From positions 1 to 61,619 of the forward strand of contig CAZPBD010000002.1 of assembly GCA_964584655.1 (NCBI GenBank): a stretch of 61,619 bases of DNA, read 5' to 3'. A model generated the notes under the pieces. The model ran no database searches. It saw only the letters and a list, made by a program, of their open reading frames with translations, and was not told the DNA's origin. The first letter of the stretch is position 1. Each line of letters opens with the position of its first letter. The position numbers and the translations under genes are program-made. The stretch is from an uncultured Pseudobdellovibrionaceae bacterium. Lineage in GTDB: Bacteria; Bdellovibrionota; Bdellovibrionia; Bdellovibrionales; Bdellovibrionaceae. Shown piece by piece: positions 38,117 to 46,854 of this stretch.

Positions 38117-39738
38117 TTTTTTTTGAAAGTCTTATGAGCCAATGGCCATCTTCTGCCCCGGCCAAAAGAATGGCTTGTTACTTTCAATATCGGTGCAGAC
38201 TGCCATCTTTTAAATTCAGTTTGAACTAATTTTTCAAGCAGCCACTTTTCTGTTTTTGTTTTGGGCTTTTTAGAATTTTGAACAATGTTAACAACAGCTC
38301 TGTCGAGCTCTTCGTACGGTGGGAGCGTGTCCTGATCCTTTTGATTGGGCTTTAATTCTGCACTTGGTGCACGATCGATAATTTTTGCAGGAATCAGCTC
38401 GATCTCTGAATTGTAATGCTTTGCTAGCTCGTAAACTTGCTCTTTTGTGAGATCAGCAATCGGTGCTAAACCACCACACATATCTCCGTAAAGTGTGCAG
38501 TATCCCGTGGCATATTCGGATTTGTTTCCCGTGGTCAGCAGCAAACTATTCGAAAGATTCGAATAGCCCATTAAAAAAATTCCCCGCAACCTAGACTGCA
38601 AATTTTCAAATGCGACACCGAAATCCGTGGCACCAAGTGACGACTTAAAAGTCTCTTCACAAAGCTGATAAGCTTTATTAATAGAAACTGATTTACATTC
38701 GATGTTTAAATTTTTTGCTAATTTTCGGGCCAAATCTAAGCTAATGGATTCACTGTAAGGACCGGGCAATGCGAGTGTCTTAACTGCTGCAGGCCCAAGA
38801 GCATCAACAGCCAAGCAGGCCACAACTGCAGAATCAATTCCCCCACTAAGTCCAAGATGAACTTTTTCAATCCCCGTCTTTGAAAGAAAATCTTTGATTC
38901 CTAAAACAAGGGCTTTTCTCAGTTGTTCGATGGGTTTGTCAGTGACTGAAGGTGCCCACGTTTTTTGAGTTTCAGTATCAAAAACGTTTAAGTCCTCTTG
39001 AAATTTGTGGCACTGAAAAAGTCTTTTGCCCTTTGGGCTCATTAAAAAACTTTCCCCATCAAATATGATTTCATCTTGAGCACCCACTAAGTTCACATAA
39101 AGTAGGGGAGCTTTAAAACTCTGAGCCGTTCTTTGAGTCACATGGTTTCGAAGTTTTTCTTTGTCGATATGCCAAGGACTTGCGCTGAGATTAATAACAA
39201 GATCAATTTTTTTCTTCTGAATTTTGACAAGCGGGTTTTTTGAGTAAGCTGATTGTCCTGCTTGATTTGGCCAAGCCCAGATATCTTCACAAATCGTCAG
39301 GAAGAATTTTTTGCCGAACAGATTAAAGTAGTTTTTTGAAAGATCTCCCACTTCGATAAATCGGGCTTCATCAAAAACATCGCCCGTCGGAAGTAGCTGT
39401 TTATGAAAAAATTGTGGTTTTTTGCTCTTTTGTAAAAGAACTGCTGAGTTAAAATACGGGCGGCCTGTTTTTTTAGGATTCTTTGTTATAGTGCCAATCA
39501 GAATTGCGATGTCGGCAGGTAACTTTTTTTGTATCTCTTTAACTGCTATTTCTAAATCGCTGACTAGTTCCGTTCGCTCGAGAAGATCAAACGGGTGGTA
39601 ACCCAAAAGACAACTTTCTGGAAAAACCACAAGCTGAGCCTTCATCTTTTTTGCTCGCAAAGTGAAATCTAAAATTTTGTTTTTATTCTCGGTGATATCT
39701 CCGAGGGTGGCATTGATCTGAGCGACCGCTATTCTCAT
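38113..39738 (-). CDS. nadE: glutamine-dependent NAD+ synthetase
   Basis: N-terminal CN-hydrolase domain (VFPE ... CEDIW) plus a C-terminal PP-loop LGLSGGIDS. 541 aa. Confidence 0.93.
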   Translation of the reverse strand: MRIAVAQINATLGDITENKNKILDFTLRAKKMKAQLVVFPESCLLGYHPFDLLERTELVSDLEIAVKEIQKKLPADIAILIGTITKNPKKTGRPYFNSAVLLQKSKKPQFFHKQLLPTGDVFDEARFIEVGDLSKNYFNLFGKKFFLTICEDIWAWPNQAGQSAYSKNPLVKIQKKKIDLVINLSASPWHIDKEKLRNHVTQRTAQSFKAPLLYVNLVGAQDEIIFDGESFLMSPKGKRLFQCHKFQEDLNVFDTETQKTWAPSVTDKPIEQLRKALVLGIKDFLSKTGIEKVHLGLSGGIDSAVVACLAVDALGPAAVKTLALPGPYSESISLDLARKLAKNLNIECKSVSINKAYQLCEETFKSSLGATDFGVAFENLQSRLRGIFLMGYSNLSNSLLLTTGNKSEYATGYCTLYGDMCGGLAPIADLTKEQVYELAKHYNSEIELIPAKIIDRAPSAELKPNQKDQDTLPPYEELDRAVVNIVQNSKKPKTKTEKWLLEKLVQTEFKRWQSAPILKVTSHSFGRGRRWPLAHKTFKKN

Positions 39739-39750
39739 GGATGACTCTAA

Positions 39751-40128
39751 TTAGTTCTGCGGGCTTAGTTCAATTTCTTTTCGGCCGGTAAAGCCCTCTT
39801 TGTAGCCGTGGTGATACTTTATTTCTTTTTCTGGAAATTTCCAACAAAAGTATCCATGACCATTATCGAAATCAACTAACCAGTAACCCTTTGGATGGGC
39901 TCCCAATTTTTGAATTTTTCTTTGCCAATTGTCGATGTGAGTTTGAATTTCAGATTCCATCAATTGAAGACGTGTTTGGGGAACATTCTTCATAGCTTCT
40001 ATTTGAGACATCAGATGACGTACTTGAGAATGGGCTTTCTCTGTGATCGAATAGATCAAAGGAAGCATTTCCTGCGCCTGAGTGAGTGAGTACTGACGTG
40101 CTGTTCCGATTTCAACAATTTTATCCAC
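39751..40128 (-). CDS. small conserved hypothetical protein (possibly DUF2203-like)
   Basis: 125 aa. YSLTQAQEMLPLI... N-terminus and a WLVDFDNGHGYFCWK segment. The family name is recalled from memory only. Confidence 0.5.
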   Translation of the reverse strand: MDKIVEIGTARQYSLTQAQEMLPLIYSITEKAHSQVRHLMSQIEAMKNVPQTRLQLMESEIQTHIDNWQRKIQKLGAHPKGYWLVDFDNGHGYFCWKFPEKEIKYHHGYKEGFTGRKEIELSPQN

Positions 40129-40228
40129 ACACGGGTTGTTGTCTAGCTCAGCGGAAGTATCAAGAAAAACATTTAAAGACAGACAAATTAAGATTCAAAT
40201 TGCAAAATTTTTTGGACGCACTGAATCT

Positions 40229-41113
40229 TTAACTATTTCCCCAATTTTTTGACATCTGATAGGCCTGACTTCCGAAAACAATGATGATGAACAGTATCAG
40301 TATAATTATGATAAATATTTTCAAGTAATGTCCGTAACCCACTGGAGCTGAGATTTCTGCAACGACCTTTTTCTCTGATGGAGGCTTAACTAAAACCTTC
40401 TTCTTTCTCGCTTGTGTAATTCCTTCATCACCACTCACAGGTGTGCTTTTTGATTTTTCGAGTGTTCTTTCCACTTTCTTACGATCATATTCTGTGAGCG
40501 ATGAAAGTGCGACTTTTCTGGTTTTCTTTCTTCGTGCACTTGCTCTGGCTGATCCACTCTGTGATGAAAAAAATCCACCACCTTCTTCAAATTCTTGGTT
40601 CACAGCAATGACCGTTGTTTTGCTTGCTCCACGCTCAGAACCTGCTCGACTTGAGTTCGATGGTCTTCGACCACCACCACGATAATTGCTTCTTACGGTT
40701 CGTCCACCGTTGGACTCAGTCGTCTGTCCATCTCGGTTGGCAGCTGATTCAGCTCTCTCGTTTCCACCGCCCTGACCACTGCCTGCAGGCGCCAGGGGAT
40801 TCCCTTCAGCATCAAGGGCCACAAAAGAAGGGATTTCATCGAAGCAAACCACATTCTGATCCTCTGAGCTCAACTGCGGAAGTTCACCAGTCTCAAGCAA
40901 ACATTTGATATATTCACGATTCAGATTATCCACAAACTGTCCTAAGGGCTGAAAGATTGCGAGGGATAACGAGACAACTAACGTAACACCCACAACGACC
41001 ATCAGAATGTATTCTAAAACGGCTTGCCCCGCGATTGAGTTACTAGACCAATGACCCCTTCCCAATCCGCTTGGATTCTGAGATTTTATTAAGGGTGAAG
41101 AGATCAGTTTCAT
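40229..41113 (-). CDS. Flp/TadE-like N-terminal motif protein with disordered Gly/Ser/Arg region and C-terminal TM anchor
   Basis: IAGQAVLEYILMVVVGVTLVV resembles the G/xxxxEY class-III (Flp/TadE) prepilin motif. The middle is low-complexity GGG/RGG/S-rich. The C-terminal helix is IFIIIILILFIIIVF. Confidence 0.5.
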   Translation of the reverse strand: MKLISSPLIKSQNPSGLGRGHWSSNSIAGQAVLEYILMVVVGVTLVVSLSLAIFQPLGQFVDNLNREYIKCLLETGELPQLSSEDQNVVCFDEIPSFVALDAEGNPLAPAGSGQGGGNERAESAANRDGQTTESNGGRTVRSNYRGGGRRPSNSSRAGSERGASKTTVIAVNQEFEEGGGFFSSQSGSARASARRKKTRKVALSSLTEYDRKKVERTLEKSKSTPVSGDEGITQARKKKVLVKPPSEKKVVAEISAPVGYGHYLKIFIIIILILFIIIVFGSQAYQMSKNWGNS

Positions 41114-41134
41114 TTACAAAGTATCGGACGACAT

Positions 41135-42163
41135 TTGATTAAAAATAAGATTTTGATTCTATTCGTATCATTTTGGGTCGCCATCAGTTGGGGGGGGCCG
41201 AAGGTTCCCAGCTCGAAGCTATTGGTTGAAGCTGAAGAGATTCAAAAGGCCAGTGGAGACAAAGCTGCCACCGATTTTCTATGGAAGAATTCTGAAAAGC
41301 TCGACCGAGCTGAGCTGATGTATCTGGCAAAACTTTTAGTGAAAGCTAAAAATTACAAAGACATTATTAAAGTCAGCGAACTCGGCCTAGCAAAAAATGC
41401 AGAGGACGCAGAGTTCCTCACCTTTCAAGGGAAAGCCTATTTAGAACTTTTTAAAGATAAAAAGCGACTTGAAAAGGCCCAAGAATCCCTACGTGCAGCA
41501 ATTGCAGCTAACCCAAAATTTGAACCGGCTTATTTAATATTAGACGAATATTATGACCGACAAGATCAGCTCAGTCGGAATTTAAGAAAGCCCCTCAGAT
41601 TTATTCAATCTAGACGTCAACTTTTCGAAGATCTTATTCAACACCGAGGTCCACAGGCTCTCTACTATTCCAAACTTTGTGAATTTGACACTCTCGATGG
41701 CGTAAATGATCAGGCAATTAAAAATTGTAAGAAAGCCGTTTCAATGAATAAAGAGGACATTATGAGTCTTCTTAATTTAGCTCAAGTTTACAATCAAACG
41801 GGTGACAGGAAGCTTGCGTTTGCAACTCTGCAAAGTGTTCTAAGCTCGAATACAAACTCTGAAATTGCACTTTTTGCTGTCGCCAACTTCCACGAAGAGG
41901 ATAAGAATTATTCTGAAGCCTATAAGCATTATAAACTGTGCTCAGAGCCTCCAACCGGCTCTGATCGCTGTGCTCGCGGGGTCGCAGCCATGTCTGCGCA
42001 AATTAAGAAGTGGCAAGAGAGTTTTGATTATTTTCAAAGGCTTTGTCGCAAGGATCGAAAATGGTCCTCTGAGGTTCGCAAGGCTTCACAAAGTGCAAAA
42101 GAACTTGAATCACCCGAATGGGAACAAAAGCTTTTAGAACTATCGATCAATTGTAATATTTGA
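41135..42163 (+). CDS. TPR-repeat exported protein (342 aa)
   Basis: TTG start. Leader MIKNKILILFVSFWVAISWG. Multiple TPR-like units (AEFLTFQGKAYLEL, LLNLAQVYNQTGDRKLA). Confidence 0.65.
   Translation: MIKNKILILFVSFWVAISWGGPKVPSSKLLVEAEEIQKASGDKAATDFLWKNSEKLDRAELMYLAKLLVKAKNYKDIIKVSELGLAKNAEDAEFLTFQGKAYLELFKDKKRLEKAQESLRAAIAANPKFEPAYLILDEYYDRQDQLSRNLRKPLRFIQSRRQLFEDLIQHRGPQALYYSKLCEFDTLDGVNDQAIKNCKKAVSMNKEDIMSLLNLAQVYNQTGDRKLAFATLQSVLSSNTNSEIALFAVANFHEEDKNYSEAYKHYKLCSEPPTGSDRCARGVAAMSAQIKKWQESFDYFQRLCRKDRKWSSEVRKASQSAKELESPEWEQKLLELSINCNI
41190..41197. repeat. poly-G(8) homopolymer tract
   Basis: Counted directly: g at 41190 plus ggggggg at 41191-41197. It encodes W-G-G at the end of the TPR protein's leader and lies 77 nt upstream of the divergent gene's ATG. 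Confidence 0.95.
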
Positions 42164-42619
42164 GAACCCTAAAAATTCCATCATCTTTTCATTTTTTGAA
42201 GAAAAAATGAAAGTCTCTTTTCCTTTGAAAAAGTGATCTAAAACTTCTTTTTTACTATGACTTAAAATGAGGTGATGGCCAGCTGAAGAACCTTTTAAAG
42301 ACCTTATCTCGTGAACGGGTATTCCGTTTTTTTCTGCCTCTAATGCCAATGAGAATGCATCAGACAATTGGCTAAATTCGATAACACCAACAAAAGCGCA
42401 CACAGCCCCTACATCTAAGCCTAAATAGGCTTTCATGATTGAGTCTGATAGCTCGAAGGTTTCAGTGTCTGCAGTTGGTTTGCCTACCACTTTAAATAAA
42501 ATTCGAACCCCACCAGAATGCGGAGAGAACTCGAGAGGCTCGTGCCCTGCTGTTGTGACCTGATCTAAAAACTGATAGGCAGCAATCAAGTTTGGAAGAT
42601 TCTTTAGCCCAACTTTCAT
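42140..42619 (-). CDS. hypothetical protein (159 aa)
   Basis: 4-nt overlap with the rimO stop suggests translational coupling. No motif recognised. Confidence 0.5.
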   Translation of the reverse strand: MKVGLKNLPNLIAAYQFLDQVTTAGHEPLEFSPHSGGVRILFKVVGKPTADTETFELSDSIMKAYLGLDVGAVCAFVGVIEFSQLSDAFSLALEAEKNGIPVHEIRSLKGSSAGHHLILSHSKKEVLDHFFKGKETFIFSSKNEKMMEFLGFSNITIDR

Positions 42620-43992
42620 GAGTTCAGGCTCACGATTTCTCCAATGAGGTCATACTCCATGCTGTCAGTGATTCTTACTTTTACAATCTGACCCACTTCG
42701 GCCTGACCATCATTGATTAAAACGACTCCGTCGATTTCAGGTGCTTGCTGCGAAGTTCGACCTTGAAGTAAAAGTTCAGTTTCTTCGCTGAATCCCTCGA
42801 CAACCACGTCGAAGATTTGACCGATTAATGCTTTATGCTTCTCTCGAGAGATGTTTTGTTGAACTTCCATAACGGCCTCAAAACGCTGTTGCTTAATCTT
42901 CTCGTCTACTTGGTTATCCATTTTTCCACCGGGCGTGTTTTCTTCCGGTGAATATTGAAAGCAACCAACACGGTCAAATTTTTGCTCTGAGATAAATTCT
43001 AAGACTTCTTCGAACTGCTCTTGAGTCTCGCCGGGGAATCCAACAATAAATTGAGTTCTGATAACTGCATCTGGAATTTCAGTGCGTATCAAATTCAATG
43101 CTTGCTCAATTTCCTGACGAGTCATTTTGCGATTCATTTTTTTCAGCACTTCGTTATTAATATGTTGCAGTGGCATATCGAAATATCGACAGAATTTTTT
43201 ATTATTTTTAATCAAATCAATCAGATCAGGAGTGATTCCATCTGGATACAAATACAACAACCGAATCCATTGAATGCCCTCAATATCAGCTAACTGTTTG
43301 AGCAATTCCACTGGGGCTTCTAAGGCTTCTGGATTTTTCTTACGCAAATCCCAGCCGTAATCCGTGAAATCATGACTGATAATGATAAGCTCTTTAACCC
43401 CACCCGCAGCTAAAAGTTTAGCTTCATTGACAACATTGTTGAGTGTTCTTGACTGGAGATTTCCCCGAATCAGAGGAATCGCGCAGAAAGCACATCTTTT
43501 CATGCAGCCTTCGGAAATTTTTAAATAGGCGCGGTGTTGGGGTTGTGTATTTGCCCGAGGTGTTTGTTCCTCTTGAAGGTAGGTTGGCAAATTGAAGAAT
43601 GTCTTCTTCTTGTCACCCGCATAAGAGTCCTTCAAAATTTTGTCGATATTCTGAAATTCGCCAGATCCTACAAACAAATCAGCCTCTGGTAAGCCTTCGA
43701 CAAGATCGTCTTTGTATCTTTGAGTGAGGCAACCCGCGACGACTAATTTTTGTAGTCGTCCTTCTTTTTTCAATTCAGACATCTTCAAAATTGTTTGAAT
43801 GGATTCCGCTTTCGAATCCTCGATGAAACCACAGGTGTTAACAATGACTGTGTCAGCCTCGGCTTCATTAGCTGTGACCTCGTAGCCTTGCTTCATTAAG
43901 GTGCCCACCATGATTTCAGTATCAACTAGATTTTTGGGACAACCGAGACTTACAAAGTGAACTTTTTTGGGGACAGTTTCAGTATTATTCAT
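42616..43992 (-). CDS. rimO: ribosomal protein S12 methylthiotransferase RimO
   Basis: VHFVSLGCPKNLVDTE N-terminal domain, radical-SAM CMKRCAFCAIP and a C-terminal TRAM domain. Confidence 0.9.
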   Translation of the reverse strand: MNNTETVPKKVHFVSLGCPKNLVDTEIMVGTLMKQGYEVTANEAEADTVIVNTCGFIEDSKAESIQTILKMSELKKEGRLQKLVVAGCLTQRYKDDLVEGLPEADLFVGSGEFQNIDKILKDSYAGDKKKTFFNLPTYLQEEQTPRANTQPQHRAYLKISEGCMKRCAFCAIPLIRGNLQSRTLNNVVNEAKLLAAGGVKELIIISHDFTDYGWDLRKKNPEALEAPVELLKQLADIEGIQWIRLLYLYPDGITPDLIDLIKNNKKFCRYFDMPLQHINNEVLKKMNRKMTRQEIEQALNLIRTEIPDAVIRTQFIVGFPGETQEQFEEVLEFISEQKFDRVGCFQYSPEENTPGGKMDNQVDEKIKQQRFEAVMEVQQNISREKHKALIGQIFDVVVEGFSEETELLLQGRTSQQAPEIDGVVLINDGQAEVGQIVKVRITDSMEYDLIGEIVSLNS

Positions 43993-44630
43993 AACTCATT
44001 TACCTGCGTGCCTTTCGGAGGACTGTACTTAAACATTTCTTTGGGAATTTCTGCGGTCTTCTTAATTTTTTCAATTTCGATGATAATTTTATTCTGAATT
44101 TCATCCTCATAAGAAACTTCAATAAGGTTGCCCTCGTTTGCGACAAGAATCTCAAGCTGATTGGTAACTGAATTGAGCTCTGTGGGTTTTAGATAGAAGC
44201 GCCACGCCTTTTTCTTTTTATCTTCTGATTTTTTTGAAATTGAAAAATTCTTATCGAGCTTGTCTTGAAGAAGTTTTTTTAAGAAGATTTGATTTTCAGT
44301 TTGCGATGACATTTTCATTCGAGTCACTTGTGCTGCAGCCTTAAAACCTTTTGGAGGTTGCTGAATCGTCCACAAATTACTTCCATCATAAATAATACTG
44401 GATGTCTCGGCTCCGTTGGTATCCCAGCGAAAACGATCTTTTGCTAAAAATATTTTTCCTGGTAATTGCGATTCAGTTCCCATCAAATCTGATTTCACTT
44501 TTTTTACAACATGAAGCGTGACCAGTCCTGAGCTTTTTAATTTTTCCAAAGCCATTTGAGGATTGGGTTGGGCTTGCAATTGGGAGACTGCTAAGACGCT
44601 AGAAATAATCAGGAAAAATAGAAATTTCAT
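43989..44630 (-). CDS. LolA-like periplasmic lipoprotein carrier family protein
   Basis: Start placed at Met25 (MKFLFFLIISSVLAVSQLQA leader). LolA-like segments (GKIFLAKDRFRWD, WRFYLKP). Confidence 0.7.
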   Translation of the reverse strand: MKFLFFLIISSVLAVSQLQAQPNPQMALEKLKSSGLVTLHVVKKVKSDLMGTESQLPGKIFLAKDRFRWDTNGAETSSIIYDGSNLWTIQQPPKGFKAAAQVTRMKMSSQTENQIFLKKLLQDKLDKNFSISKKSEDKKKKAWRFYLKPTELNSVTNQLEILVANEGNLIEVSYEDEIQNKIIIEIEKIKKTAEIPKEMFKYSPPKGTQVNEL

Positions 44631-44656
44631 GTGCTCAGAAACTAACACTTTGTCAT

Positions 44657-45286
44657 TCAATTCGCAATAGAGAGGGGGTTCCTGTAACACAATGACCAGC
44701 ACTCAAAGTTGTCGGGAAGTCCCAAAGCTTTGTGGGCTGCAAGTAGAGTGGCACCCGTTGTCACCACATCATCCACAAAGATGACTCTTCTGTTTTTAAG
44801 CACTGAAATATCTACAATTAATTGCAGTTCTAGGGTCTGCCTTTGTGACCTACTCTTTCCTTTTTGCGACCGACTTTCGTGCATTTTTGAAAGACCCATA
44901 ATGTGAGGAATTCCAGTCAGCTCGGATAGACTCTGACCCCACATTTGCCCATGGAATTTATTTTCCTCTGACGCTAAAGAAACCAAGATGGCTCTATTCA
45001 CTACATCGGGTTTTCTATTCATTAGAAACTCTTGAGCTAAAGAACTCCAAGTTTTATCATCACTGTGTTTCAATTGGATAATTAAGTTAGACAGTAAGTC
45101 ACTTTGATTGGGATTCCAAAGCATCAGCGTGGTTAGTTTTAACCCCTGAATGTTCAATTCTGATTCAGATCGAAAGCAACTGACCAAAAAATGGAGGCAT
45201 CTGAAACAAAGTGCAGAGCCAGCACAAAAGCCGGTACCACAATTCATGCAGCTTTTAAGGCTTATTTTGAAGTTTGGAAATTTCAT
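44657..45286 (-). CDS. comF: ComF-family phosphoribosyltransferase-domain protein
   Basis: N-terminal Cys4 finger (CMNCG...CFRC) and the PRTase motif VIFVDDVVTTGATL. Confidence 0.8.
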   Translation of the reverse strand: MKFPNFKISLKSCMNCGTGFCAGSALCFRCLHFLVSCFRSESELNIQGLKLTTLMLWNPNQSDLLSNLIIQLKHSDDKTWSSLAQEFLMNRKPDVVNRAILVSLASEENKFHGQMWGQSLSELTGIPHIMGLSKMHESRSQKGKSRSQRQTLELQLIVDISVLKNRRVIFVDDVVTTGATLLAAHKALGLPDNFECWSLCYRNPLSIAN

Positions 45287-45370
45287 AAATTAAATATCTG
45301 CAAAGACTGTAAAGCAATCGCCACAAACTAGGTCCTAGAACACCAGCGGTGAAGTCCGAAGAGCGAATGA

Positions 45371-45835
45371 TTAGTCATTGTGATAAGGTAGATTTTTAAT
45401 GATTGTGAAAGCCCGATAAATTTGCTCGAGCGTAACGAGGGTTGCGACATGATGATTAAAAACAAATCCAGAAAGACTTAATAATTCATTCGCTCTTTTC
45501 TTTATTGAATCATCGACCCCGTAAGCTCCACCAATAAGAAAGACAATATTATGCCCGCTTTGAGTGATGCGAGATTCGATTCTTTTAGAGAAATCTCGGC
45601 TAGTGAACGACTTACCTGTCTCATCTAAAAGAATAAGATAGTCTTGTGGTTTTAGGATCTTTAAAATTTGCTCGGATTCTGATTTTTTCTTAAACTCTTT
45701 ATCATCACGAGATTTTTTAGCAGCAGAAAGTTCGATCATCTCGAACTTTTGAAAGTAATTAATTTTTTCTACATATTCTTTAGCTGCCAGATCAAGCCAC
45801 TTTGAATTCGATGACTTAATTGTAACTAGCTTCAT
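45371..45835 (-). CDS. rlmH: 23S rRNA (pseudouridine1915-N3)-methyltransferase
   Basis: 154-aa SPOUT protein with FLIGGAYG and a LS.S...F.H motif. Confidence 0.92.
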   Translation of the reverse strand: MKLVTIKSSNSKWLDLAAKEYVEKINYFQKFEMIELSAAKKSRDDKEFKKKSESEQILKILKPQDYLILLDETGKSFTSRDFSKRIESRITQSGHNIVFLIGGAYGVDDSIKKRANELLSLSGFVFNHHVATLVTLEQIYRAFTIIKNLPYHND

Positions 45836-46854
45836 TTTTTCTCTGCGAAAGGATCTTTGAAGCCCATGTCACGACCCTCTTTCCATAATTTTTCGATGGA
45901 ATACTCTTGTCTGACATAATCATAGAAAATGTGTACGATCAGTGATCCGTAGTCGACGACAACCCAGCGGCCCTCTTCCAATCCCTCTAGACTTGAAGGA
46001 TGAATTCGAAATTCGTCCTTCACCAGCTGAACTAGGTTTTCAGCCAATGAGATTGTATGACGAGTACTAGTTCCAGAAGTAACAATCGAATATTCACTCA
46101 GTGCCGATGTTTTAGTTAAATCGTAGCCTTTAACATTAATGGCTTTTTTTGCATAAAGTTGCTCAGCACAAAATTCAGTGAATTTGGTGTAGTCTTGAAT
46201 TTTATCCTTTAAATTTTGATATAGCTTTTCATTTTTGATGTAAGTTTCAACTGCTAACGGCAGAAATTGATCGATAGGTCTTTGAGTTCTAATTTTTTTT
46301 CTGAGTTCACTGGCTGAAATATCAATGTCTGGAATTCTAATAAATTGAACATTTCGACCCGTCGTGAGTTCAATAAAATTGAAGTCATACTCGAGAACAA
46401 CGTCTGATAAAAACGACGGCAATTGGTCCCTGGATGTTGGAATGTCAAAGCCAGGGCGTGTGGCAATAATCAAATTACATTCTTTTAGAATCGTTTTAAA
46501 TTCTTTCCAGTTCGCAAAAGTCTCGAGGTGATCTGCGCCGATGATTAAATGTAAATCGTCTGCTGAATAATTTTTTCGGTACTGTTGAATCGTTTCAACG
46601 GTGAAGCTGACGCCTTTTCTTTTTATTTCTTGGTCATCCACTTCAAATTGATTTCCAAATCCTTGGAGGGCTTTTTTAACCATTTCTAGTCGCTGCTCTG
46701 GAGTTGGGCCATCAACCTGAGTCTTAAGAGGACTTTGGTAAGTCGGAATTACGAATATTTTATCGAGTCCTGCTTTTTTTTGGACACTTGTTAAACAAGA
46801 GATGTGTCCCATGTGGGGTGGATTGAAACCACCACCGAAGATACCGACTTTCAT
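45832..46854 (-). CDS. nadD: fusion: nicotinate-nucleotide adenylyltransferase (NadD) + ribosome silencing factor (RsfS)
   Basis: N-terminus GIFGGGFNPPHMGH (the (H/T)xGH motif) and ISASELR. C-terminal about 115 aa YSIVTSGTSTRH...EGRWVVVDYGSLIVHIFYDYVRQEYSIEKLW is the RsfS signature. One uninterrupted 340-aa ORF. Confidence 0.88.
   Translation of the reverse strand: MKVGIFGGGFNPPHMGHISCLTSVQKKAGLDKIFVIPTYQSPLKTQVDGPTPEQRLEMVKKALQGFGNQFEVDDQEIKRKGVSFTVETIQQYRKNYSADDLHLIIGADHLETFANWKEFKTILKECNLIIATRPGFDIPTSRDQLPSFLSDVVLEYDFNFIELTTGRNVQFIRIPDIDISASELRKKIRTQRPIDQFLPLAVETYIKNEKLYQNLKDKIQDYTKFTEFCAEQLYAKKAINVKGYDLTKTSALSEYSIVTSGTSTRHTISLAENLVQLVKDEFRIHPSSLEGLEEGRWVVVDYGSLIVHIFYDYVRQEYSIEKLWKEGRDMGFKDPFAEKK

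Noticed and set aside
40443-40908. + strand ORFs antisense to the Gly/Ser/Arg-rich region of the Flp-like gene.
   Set aside because: They are shadow frames of a locally GC-rich, low-complexity segment with no translation signals.
42140-42163. 24-nt convergent overlap of the TPR gene and the 159-aa gene. A 4-nt convergent overlap also occurs at 54488-54491.
   Set aside because: This is probably just genome compaction, or slightly mis-set ends. No antisense regulatory structure is evident.
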